The translations under genes and the position numbers were made by a program. The notes under the pieces were generated by a model that was not told where the DNA came from, ran no database searches, and saw only the letters and a program-made list of their open reading frames with translations. From the IMG/VR virus record IMGVR_UViG_3300032322_002021, positions 1-39,167 of that record: 39,167 nt of DNA; one strand, given 5' to 3'. This document shows, one piece after another, positions 1 through 6,409 of the stretch (position 1 is its first letter; each line of letters begins with the position of its first letter). Source of the stretch: a virus. Taxonomy: Duplodnaviria; Caudoviricetes.

Positions 1-180
1 ATGAAAAAAGTTGGCAATTATTACATCAGCGAGAACCTGATTGGTGATCCTGTGATTGAAATGGTGATGAAATCGTATGATCTTCGCTTGCAACAAGAGG
101 CAGTCAATCGTGATCGAATTAGACAAGGTAAAACACCACTGGTTCCTTATAAAGTCTGGAACATTTCAGACCGAGATTGA
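1..180 (+). CDS. small hypothetical early protein (59 aa; may be 5'-truncated by the window edge)
   Basis: Manual translation, ATG at 1 to TGA at 178-180: MKKVGNYYISENLIGDPVIEMVMKSYDLRLQQEAVNRDRIRQGKTPLVPYKVWNISDRD. Ends just before promoter cassette 1. Confidence 0.7.
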   Translation: MKKVGNYYISENLIGDPVIEMVMKSYDLRLQQEAVNRDRIRQGKTPLVPYKVWNISDRD

Positions 181-189
181 AGAGAAATT

Positions 190-257
190 GTGCCAGTTTC
201 TGAACTGTCCACCATTCTCCCACAAGCGCCAAAATCCATGGTAATGTATACACATAC
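190..257 (+). promoter_or_regulatory. early promoter cassette, copy 1 (imperfect inverted repeat plus extended -10)
   Basis: GTGCCAGTT-tctg-AACTGTCCAC (190-212), then TGGTAATGT (TGn-TAnnnT) ...CATAC ending at 257. SD-like GAGAGGA precedes ATG 273. Same 68-bp geometry as copies 2 and 3. Confidence 0.75.
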
Positions 258-272
258 AAATGAGAGGAATGA

Positions 273-434
273 ATGACTAACCGATTTGACATGTTGACTG
301 CATTTACTGCTGACGAATTGAGCGTTCTTTATGATCTTGTGATGTTCCATGATGAGTGCCCTGATCACATTGATGAGCAGGTATTTGACATGGTTCAAGA
401 GAAAGTTGCTGACGTATTTGCGGAGATTAAGTGA
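273..434 (+). CDS. small acidic hypothetical early protein (53 aa)
   Basis: Manual translation MTNRFDMLTAFTADELSVLYDLVMFHDECPDHIDEQVFDMVQEKVADVFAEIK. SD upstream; TGATG overlap with the next ORF. Not in the ORF track (below its size cutoff). Confidence 0.75.
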   Translation: MTNRFDMLTAFTADELSVLYDLVMFHDECPDHIDEQVFDMVQEKVADVFAEIK

Positions 435-559
435 TGCTTAGCACTTATACTTTTGCTGGTGATGCTGTTACCTATCTTGGTTTGGTTGGTATCATTAGCA
501 CTGCTATTATCATTGTCACTGCTTTCCGCCGCCATTACAATTCTCCGCTGAACAAATGA
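434..559 (+). CDS. small single-pass membrane peptide (41 aa)
   Basis: MLSTYTFAGDAVTYLGLVGIISTAIIIVTAFRRHYNSPLNK: hydrophobic stretch followed by RR (positive-inside rule). Coupled on both sides (TGATG and ATGA overlaps). Confidence 0.75.
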   Translation: MLSTYTFAGDAVTYLGLVGIISTAIIIVTAFRRHYNSPLNK

Positions 560-744
560 GCACACAACATCGCATCGACAACATCATCGAAGCACTGCAA
601 GAAGCACTTACAAAGTGTCAATCAGTGGACTATCATGATGATGCAAAGACTGAACAATCTCCTCCTTATGCACTTGGTTGGACATCATCAACCATCAAAA
701 ATGCACTCTTTGATCTCAACCAACTCAAGCAAGATCTGAACTGA
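556..744 (+). CDS. hypothetical early protein (62 aa)
   Basis: ORF track; ATGA overlap with the upstream ORF and a 1-nt gap to the downstream ORF. Confidence 0.75.
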   Translation: MSTQHRIDNIIEALQEALTKCQSVDYHDDAKTEQSPPYALGWTSSTIKNALFDLNQLKQDLN

Positions 745-745
745 A

Positions 746-970
746 ATGAAATACATTGTCGCTGATATTGAGTTTGATTGTTCACTTGATGATGACGATT
801 GGACAGAGAAAGATCAACAACAAACGGAAGATCATTTGCCGATTGTTTATATCGGAACTGAGTGGAAAGGTGATAGTGAAGAGGATGTAATCGAAGAAAT
901 TAGTTGTAAGTCAGGATGGTGCATTCGTTCGATTGATCTACAACCTGCTCCACAATACGCTAGAAGGTGA
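746..970 (+). CDS. acidic hypothetical early protein (74 aa)
   Basis: ORF track; D/E-rich (DDDDW, DSEEDVIEEI) with a SGWCI motif; operon packing. Confidence 0.75.
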   Translation: MKYIVADIEFDCSLDDDDWTEKDQQQTEDHLPIVYIGTEWKGDSEEDVIEEISCKSGWCIRSIDLQPAPQYARR

Positions 971-988
971 AGAGAAATAGGTTGGGGT

Positions 989-1056
989 GTGCCAGTCAGC
1001 AAACCGCACACCAAACGCCCTACAGGTGATCCTGCCGTGGTATTGTATATTCATAC
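989..1056 (+). promoter_or_regulatory. early promoter cassette, copy 2
   Basis: GTGCCAGT at 989 with a degenerate right arm (AACCGCACAC). CTGCCGTGGTATTGTATATTCATAC at 1032-1056 is identical to copy 3. SD GGGAG before ATG 1074. Confidence 0.75.
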
Positions 1057-1073
1057 AAACAAAGGGAGACGAA

Positions 1074-1301
1074 ATGCACCCACTTCAGACAATGAACTTC
1101 GCTGATCGTGAGATGTTTGCTTATAACTCATACCGTGAAAAACAGCAAGCAGAGATAGCACGGATCAATGCACATCCTGAGCAACGTATGAAATACTGCT
1201 TCTCCTTCATTGAAGGCGCTGACGAACAAATGCGTCACAAGTGCTATAACAAGATCGCAGAATACTCTGCACAACTTGACTGGTCCGAAGCACACTTCTG
1301 A
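1074..1301 (+). CDS. hypothetical early protein (75 aa)
   Basis: Start reassigned from 987 to ATG 1074 (SD GGGAG; the upstream part is the promoter cassette): MHPLQTMNFADREMFAY...DWSEAHF. Confidence 0.75.
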   Translation: MHPLQTMNFADREMFAYNSYREKQQAEIARINAHPEQRMKYCFSFIEGADEQMRHKCYNKIAEYSAQLDWSEAHF

Positions 1302-1308
1302 GGAATTG

Positions 1309-1503
1309 ATGATGAGAAACACTACCAAAGTTCGAGCACTTCAACAATTCCGTTACAACTGGAAAGTCTTCATTAAACAACAACCAAAGTGGAAGGATGA
1401 TGTGATTGCCAAGCGTGAAAGTTGGAATACTTTTGTAGATGACCTGAATAAGGAAGGTTACATCAGCGACAAACAAGCGATGACATGGGATAATCCTTTC
1501 TAG
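1309..1503 (+). CDS. hypothetical early protein (63-64 aa; Trp-rich, ends WDNPF)
   Basis: In frame with ORF-track 1210..1503. SD GAGGA at 1300-1304 supports ATG 1309 or 1312. Confidence 0.75.
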   Translation: MMRNTTKVRALQQFRYNWKVFIKQQPKWKDDVIAKRESWNTFVDDLNKEGYISDKQAMTWDNPF

Positions 1504-1545
1504 AGCGATGCACGCTCCAAAAGTATAAGAAACCAACCCACCGCT

Positions 1546-1613
1546 GTGCCAGTTCGGGAACTGTCCACCAAACCGCCACAGATGCCCGCTGCCGTGGTAT
1601 TGTATATTCATAC
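1546..1613 (+). promoter_or_regulatory. early promoter cassette, copy 3
   Basis: GTGCCAGTT-cggg-AACTGTCCAC (1546-1568); CTGCCGTGGTATTGTATATTCATAC at 1589-1613; SD GAGGGA before ATG 1634. Confidence 0.8.
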
Positions 1614-1633
1614 CAAACGAGGGAAACACTCAA

Positions 1634-1960
1634 ATGCTCAAGATCGAACGCCAAATGAACACCGCTATCACCAAAGGTGTTGATTTCAAGTCTGCAAATA
1701 CTGAAGTCATTTCATGCACCAACGTGACGGATGTGTTCCTGCATGGTAATCTGATTGCTCGAATTGGTGAGACTTGGATTGAATTGTTCGACGGTGGTTG
1801 GCAAACTAAAACCACAAAGTCTCGCCTCAATGCTATTCTTGCAGAGCACGGAAATGGCGACAAGGTGTTTCAGAAAGCAGGAAAGTGGTTTGTCACTTTC
1901 ACCGACTGCCGCAACAATGCTGTCACCGTTCCTTTCTTCTCGGGGATGCGTCTTGCATGA
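1634..1960 (+). CDS. conserved phage hypothetical protein (LHGNLIA / DGGWQ-TTKSRLNA family)
   Basis: ORF track; follows promoter cassette and SD. Motif pattern recalled from cyanophage early-region proteins. Confidence 0.8.
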   Translation: MLKIERQMNTAITKGVDFKSANTEVISCTNVTDVFLHGNLIARIGETWIELFDGGWQTKTTKSRLNAILAEHGNGDKVFQKAGKWFVTFTDCRNNAVTVPFFSGMRLA

Positions 1961-2139
1961 TGAAGTATAAAACTTTCATCCTTTATCTGAAAGACAAAGG
2001 ATGCACATTGCACAGAACATCTGGCAAGCATCACATCTACACTCATCCAAAGATTGATCGAAACATTGTAATCCCCAAACAGAAAGAAGTCTCCCAGGGC
2101 ATCATCTATAGCACCAAAAAACTCCTTGCAAATGTCTAA
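1957..2139 (+). CDS. hicA: HicA-family mRNA interferase (type II toxin fold), 60 aa
   Basis: MMKYKTFILYLKDKGCTLHRTSGKHHIYTHPKIDRNIVIPKQKEVSQGIIYSTKK matches the HicA pattern (L..G....R..GxH.iy.HP....vP...ev..G). Start set at ATG 1957 (ATGA overlap with the upstream stop). Confidence 0.75.
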   Translation: MMKYKTFILYLKDKGCTLHRTSGKHHIYTHPKIDRNIVIPKQKEVSQGIIYSTKKLLANV

Positions 2140-2287
2140 CCAAATCCGCATCATTGATAAAGTTGGATTGTTCCCAGAAACCAAAGGTAGAGCACGTTAT
2201 GTAACAGTCAAGACTTATGATCATGCGATGGAAATTATCGCAGAGCAAACCAAACTTGGCAACATTGCTACACTCGTATTCTGGTAA
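2132..2287 (+). CDS. small protein (51 aa), possible minimal HicB-like antitoxin
   Basis: Manual translation MSNQIRIIDKVGLFPETKGRARYVTVKTYDHAMEIIAEQTKLGNIATLVFW; overlaps the hicA stop. The ORF is well supported; the HicB resemblance is tentative. Confidence 0.6.
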   Translation: MSNQIRIIDKVGLFPETKGRARYVTVKTYDHAMEIIAEQTKLGNIATLVFW

Positions 2288-2289
2288 TC

Positions 2290-2427
2290 ATGGATCAATT
2301 TGACTATCAACCCGACTTCGATTATAATCAAACAGAATGGCAAGATGACATTCTAAGCGTACTCAACGAACAGACAATCATTGAAACCTTTGACAACGAA
2401 ACCAATGAACTTCTCAAATCTTTCTGA
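2290..2427 (+). CDS. very acidic small protein (45 aa)
   Basis: MDQFDYQPDFDYNQTEWQDDILSVLNEQTIIETFDNETNELLKSF: 12 D/E versus 1 K; starts 2 nt after the upstream stop. Confidence 0.65.
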   Translation: MDQFDYQPDFDYNQTEWQDDILSVLNEQTIIETFDNETNELLKSF

Positions 2428-2701
2428 CAAGTTTCCCAAACCTTTTGTGGACTATCTTGATGACATGCTGACAGATAGCACCTCTAATGGTGAAACCGAT
2501 CTGGTAGATGATCTGCTGCAACTTGTTGGCGAAAGACTTGTAAGTTTGCACGACTATTATAATACTAGTCTCGCCAGCGTACAGTATTATCAGAGGCAGA
2601 TTATGGAACGCAAAGTAAAGTCTTCAGTGCAGCAGGATGGTTATCAAGATGTCGTGAAGTTTCTGAATAGCAATACCGAAGTCGCACCTGATGACTGTTA
2701 G
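2405..2701 (+). CDS. hypothetical early protein (98 aa)
   Basis: ORF-track frame 2381..2701; first ATG at 2405. Confidence 0.7.
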   Translation: MNFSNLSDKFPKPFVDYLDDMLTDSTSNGETDLVDDLLQLVGERLVSLHDYYNTSLASVQYYQRQIMERKVKSSVQQDGYQDVVKFLNSNTEVAPDDC

Positions 2702-2752
2702 TATGCTCAAAAGCGCATAGAATAAAAAAGGTTAAAATAAATGTTGTTTGAT

Positions 2753-3062
2753 TGTGGAAAAGGTTGTGGAAAACTCTTATATTATCTCTGCAACCCCTAT
2801 AGTATGTGAAACCCTTATAAATGGCAGCATTTGATCCTTATACCTTATAAATGCCCGCTGCCATTGTCACCTTAGCGGTCGCACTATAAGACACACACAG
2901 TCTCACAGATCCCCCCCGTCCAGGTATAAGAACCACAGCACACTTTTCCACAGCAAACTTATAAGTTTTCCACACGTTTTCCCCAGTTTATTATAAGTTT
3001 TCCACAGGCAGTTCGTGTTACTTTGAGTGACAGACTGCGATTTCAGTGATACCTGTGGAAAA
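2753..3062. repeat. cluster of DnaA-box-like 9-mers (TTTTCCACA); candidate replication origin or DnaA-binding locus
   Basis: Perfect copies at 2753-2761(-), 2765-2773(-), 2944-2952(+), 2966-2974(+), 2998-3006(+) and 3054-3062(-); one-mismatch copy TTTTCCCCA at 2977-2985. Lies in a non-coding stretch. Confidence 0.75.
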
Positions 3063-3136
3063 CTTCGTTGTCACTTATGGGAATGTGTTTGCCCTTATAG
3101 TCACACACTACCACACACCTTCGTTATAACTAACTC

Positions 3137-3298
3137 ATGAGCACTTCGTTGTTGATTTCTGCACTTCGTCTCGGCAACACTGGCAACGAGATCTTGAACA
3201 TTCTGGATGCACTTGTGTCTGATGAGAATGTTAGCACAGATCAGCAGGTTTGTCAAGTCGCTTATAATGCACCTACAGCAGATGTGATCGACTTCTGA
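3137..3298 (+). CDS. small hypothetical protein (53 aa)
   Basis: Manual translation MSTSLLISALRLGNTGNEILNILDALVSDENVSTDQQVCQVAYNAPTADVIDF; followed by a strong hairpin. Confidence 0.65.
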   Translation: MSTSLLISALRLGNTGNEILNILDALVSDENVSTDQQVCQVAYNAPTADVIDF

Positions 3299-3307
3299 TA
3301 GTTATTC

Positions 3308-3358
3308 ACCCCGTTCGTTCATTGTCACTTAGTGGCAGTGTTTGGGCGGGGTTTCTTA
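3308..3358 (+). terminator. long G.U-containing RNA hairpin, probable terminator closing the early region
   Basis: ACCCCGTTCG-tt-CATTGTCAC-tta-GTGGCAGTG-tt-TGGGCGGGGT (3308-3352) followed by TTCTTA. The G.U pairs only work on the + strand RNA. Confidence 0.6.
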
Positions 3359-3496
3359 TACCGTCGGCGGGCGATGCCTAAAGCTAAAAACGCTAACTAC
3401 CCTAACCTACAACGAACCAAAAAAGCGAACGAGATATAAGGTGCTCCAAAAAAATTTTTAGTCATATAAATCTTTATAAGGGTTTTATAAGTATCA

Positions 3497-4243
3497 ATGC
3501 ACTGCAACATACTCTTTAATGGATGTAGCTACACGTTTGGCGGAGAACTAGAAGGTTTAGATAATGATTTAGAATATAGAAGAACCCATAGGTTTTCTCA
3601 CTTAGTAGCAAATCATTTTGGAATGACATATGATAATATTTCTATACCAGGAATATGTAATGATCTTATTGTAGAAGATACTATTCAATGGTTTAGAGAG
3701 GGCAATACTTGCGATGTAGCAATTATACAGTTAACATATCCAGAAAGAACTGTATGGTATGATAATGAAAAAAAATCTTATAATATTAGACCAAATATCA
3801 TAGATATTTCTAAGAATTTTAGAATGAAAAGAATAGTATCATCCGATCAAATTGCTCGCGTATCAAAATCTATAGAAGTATCAAAAAAATACTACACTTC
3901 AATTTATTGCGATTATCTTGGATGTCAAAATTATTATAAAAATGTTTTTTTGTTGAAAACATATTTTTCTTTAAAGAATATACCACATGTCATTTTATCC
4001 TCAGCACCGCCGCCAAAAAGTGATATTGGATGGAATATGATGTGCAATAATGTGATGATAAAAAATATTTTGGGAGTGTCTGGTATTATTGGAGATAAGA
4101 AAGATCACCCACATTATTTTTGTGAAAATTATGCAGAGAAATTAAAATTTCACAAAAATTATAATATGTATCTTGTAGGAGGACATCCAAACGAATTAGG
4201 ACACCAAAAAATCGCAGATTATATTATTGGCGAAATTAAATAA
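3497..4243 (+). CDS. SGNH/GDSL hydrolase-like protein (paralog 1)
   Basis: Block I NGCSYTFG, block II PGICNDLI, C-terminal GGHPNELGHQKIA. Confidence 0.8.
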   Translation: MHCNILFNGCSYTFGGELEGLDNDLEYRRTHRFSHLVANHFGMTYDNISIPGICNDLIVEDTIQWFREGNTCDVAIIQLTYPERTVWYDNEKKSYNIRPNIIDISKNFRMKRIVSSDQIARVSKSIEVSKKYYTSIYCDYLGCQNYYKNVFLLKTYFSLKNIPHVILSSAPPPKSDIGWNMMCNNVMIKNILGVSGIIGDKKDHPHYFCENYAEKLKFHKNYNMYLVGGHPNELGHQKIADYIIGEIK

Positions 4244-4278
4244 TAATTAAATAAAATATAAAATTTTACTTCTTAAAA

Positions 4279-5193
4279 TTAATAAAAATCAACTGGATTA
4301 ATACTACGATTGGATTGTAGATTTCTAAAATCTAAACTTTCATAATTCCAATCCTTAGCATACTCCCATGTAGATGGAAGAATTTTTTGAGTATTATGAA
4401 AGAATGCATATTCTTGTCTTAATTTTAAGCGAGCAAATTCAATGTCTTCTGGAGTAAGTTCTTCTTGATATTCGGACTTAATTATATTTTCTTGTTTATT
4501 AATTGGGAAATAAGGAACATCGATAAATTCATGTAACCTTTTCATAGCATCTTCGGAATCTCCAAAGATATTTTCATAGGCAATAATGCAAGATTGATTA
4601 ACTCCCCAGATACTAGTATCCCAATTAGGTAAAAAAGTTGAATATGTTCTGGAATAAAATGAATATTTTTCTTTATCTGTGAGTAAATGATAAAAATGCT
4701 TTTTTGCATTTTCTTTTCCTGTTACCATATTACAATAAGAATATAAACGTCTTATAGGATCTCTTACCATGCGGATAATTTTTACATCAAAATATTGAGT
4801 AATATAATCTCTAAAATGTTTGATATTATCTAAAGATAAACTTTGATATGATACAGAAAAATCCGCCACCCCATAGAACATTTTCTTTTGAGTAACATAA
4901 TACTCAAAAATTTCTAAAAAGTAGTTTTTATAATTTTCTAGTGTTCTTTCTTTATAGTATGGTTCAAATGATTTGAAGCAATGATTTTCTTTGAATGTGA
5001 AAAATTTTTCTGTTAGAAAATTTTCTTTAAAGAGTTTCTCATTTGAGCAATCATCTTGGTAAATATTATTCAAATAATAATGTTCCTTGCCATGTCCAAA
5101 ATGAAGTAAATATGACGTATAAAAATACTTGTATAAAGAAGTTGTTCCACACTTCATTAATCCAGGACAAATAACTAAAAGGGGTTTATTCAT
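4279..5193 (-). CDS. PAPS-dependent sulfotransferase-fold protein (paralog 1)
   Basis: 5'-PSB loop PGLMKCGTTSL, KEHYY, and 3'-PB motif RDPIRRLYS. Confidence 0.8.
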   Translation of the reverse strand: MNKPLLVICPGLMKCGTTSLYKYFYTSYLLHFGHGKEHYYLNNIYQDDCSNEKLFKENFLTEKFFTFKENHCFKSFEPYYKERTLENYKNYFLEIFEYYVTQKKMFYGVADFSVSYQSLSLDNIKHFRDYITQYFDVKIIRMVRDPIRRLYSYCNMVTGKENAKKHFYHLLTDKEKYSFYSRTYSTFLPNWDTSIWGVNQSCIIAYENIFGDSEDAMKRLHEFIDVPYFPINKQENIIKSEYQEELTPEDIEFARLKLRQEYAFFHNTQKILPSTWEYAKDWNYESLDFRNLQSNRSINPVDFY

Positions 5194-5226
5194 TAGAAAA
5201 TGATTAATTAAATGTGATTGAATAAT

Positions 5227-6216
5227 TTAGTATCTATAATCAATTGGTTCTCCCCAATCTGCGGGTAAACATCCGTGAAATTTTTCAAACTTAGAATATG
5301 ATCGTGCGTAGTCTTCCATATTTCTAATCGTGTTATAACTTTGTGGTGTTAATATTTGATGATCAGATGTCCATTGATCTGGAAGATCTCCAACTTTAGG
5401 CGGATTAATACCCCGATCAGGAACATAATTGCAAGGATAAATTCTATCCAATGGTATTTTGATATTCAAAAATTTTTCTAATTTAATTACTTCAGGATTA
5501 TTTTTTTCATTTTTAAAAAAATCTTCCATAATTAAATAACAAACATTTTCTTTACCAAATATATCATAAGCAATACTCACTTTTTCTGCGTAGTCAAAAA
5601 CTGGCAAATTTTGAATTACATCAATAATAGGTCCAGTTGTTAATGGACGCATTACTTTTTTACCAGAATGTTTAGAATTAATTACAAATAATGAGTTAAT
5701 ATTTGATGTATCAAAAGCACACCTATGCGACCATTGCCTTCTAACTAAATCCCTAAAAATGCAAATAACTTTAATGTCAAAATGGTCTTTTAATAAGTGC
5801 TTAACTTCACTCATCTGATTTTTATTCATGCTCCAATTATTATTTGAAAAATCACCAACTGCAACATATTTACCATTAGAATATTTTGCAAGACTCAAAT
5901 AATAATTTAAATATTTTTGTAAAGAAAGATTGGGACCAAAAAAAGAAAACAATTCTAATTCTGAATATTTTGATAATACATGATCATCAATATTTTTACT
6001 AGATATTTTTTGAGAAAAATTAACAAAGCACTGATAATTCATCTCTAGTAGATATTTCCTCATGTTTTTCCGCACAATAGGATAATATCGAGGAAGATAT
6101 TCACTTTCCTTTAAAAATCCCCCATGAACATAATTAATGTTTTTATGTAAAGTATAATATAATGACGTGGTTCCGCTCCATCCAACACCAAGAAATAATA
6201 TAAAAGGTTTTTTCAT
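5227..6216 (-). CDS. sulfotransferase-fold protein (paralog 2; PSB Lys replaced by Trp)
   Basis: GVGWSGTTSL, KESEYL, RDLVRRQWS; C-terminus HGCLPADWGEPIDYRY. Confidence 0.75.
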   Translation of the reverse strand: MKKPFILFLGVGWSGTTSLYYTLHKNINYVHGGFLKESEYLPRYYPIVRKNMRKYLLEMNYQCFVNFSQKISSKNIDDHVLSKYSELELFSFFGPNLSLQKYLNYYLSLAKYSNGKYVAVGDFSNNNWSMNKNQMSEVKHLLKDHFDIKVICIFRDLVRRQWSHRCAFDTSNINSLFVINSKHSGKKVMRPLTTGPIIDVIQNLPVFDYAEKVSIAYDIFGKENVCYLIMEDFFKNEKNNPEVIKLEKFLNIKIPLDRIYPCNYVPDRGINPPKVGDLPDQWTSDHQILTPQSYNTIRNMEDYARSYSKFEKFHGCLPADWGEPIDYRY

Positions 6217-6374
6217 TACTTCACAATTTCTAACACCTTAATTTGTTCCGTAGTATATTCTGTTGGAATACCTGCGGAAATCATTTGAACAATTTCCCTT
6301 GCACGCTGTTCGGCATCTTCTTTTGTAAGATTTTCAAATGCAATCATTTGATCTATATAAACATTGTATGCCAT
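6216..6374 (-). CDS. small hypothetical protein (52 aa)
   Basis: Manual translation MAYNVYIDQMIAFENLTKEDAEQRAREIVQMISAGIPTEYTTEQIKVLEIVK. TAATG coupling to the sulfotransferase; ATAAATA late promoter upstream at 6403-6409(-). Confidence 0.75.
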   Translation of the reverse strand: MAYNVYIDQMIAFENLTKEDAEQRAREIVQMISAGIPTEYTTEQIKVLEIVK

Positions 6375-6402
6375 TATAGATTAACTAAAAGTTTCTTTTT
6401 TA

Positions 6403-6409
6403 TATTTAT
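6403..6409 (-). promoter_or_regulatory. T4-type late promoter (ATAAATA)
   Basis: Overlaps the radical SAM stop codon, about 30 nt upstream of ATG 6374. Confidence 0.5.

Noticed and set aside
434-559. TM peptide as a photosystem AMG (psbN, hli or ndh small subunit)
   Set aside because: No chlorophyll-binding ExxNGR motif and no convincing match to those subunits.
190-1613. Promoter cassettes as a CRISPR array or attachment sites
   Set aside because: Spacing is 557-799 bp with whole genes in between; there is no repeat-spacer periodicity and no cas or integrase gene.
987-1956. Long N-terminal extensions given by the ORF track (987, 1210 and 1885 starts)
   Set aside because: The extensions overlap promoter cassettes or upstream genes; SD and coupling evidence supports starts at 1074, 1309/1312 and 1957.
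147-2184. Minus-strand and alternative-frame ORFs in the early region (147..398, 1128..1328, 1207..1629, 1463..1654, 1630..1863, 1755..1970, 1870..2184)
   Set aside because: They shadow a tightly coupled + strand gene series with SDs and promoters, and several run through the promoter cassettes.
3393-3410. TAG repeats on the minus strand as DnaA-trios or telomeric TTAGGG repeats
   Set aside because: The TAGs are spaced 4-5 nt apart rather than in 3-nt tandem, lie more than 300 bp from the nearest box, and there is only one TTAGGG.
2702-3496. tRNA or rRNA genes in the non-coding gaps
   Set aside because: No cloverleaf or T-loop GTTCRA in a tRNA context was found by eye here or at 13111-13338.
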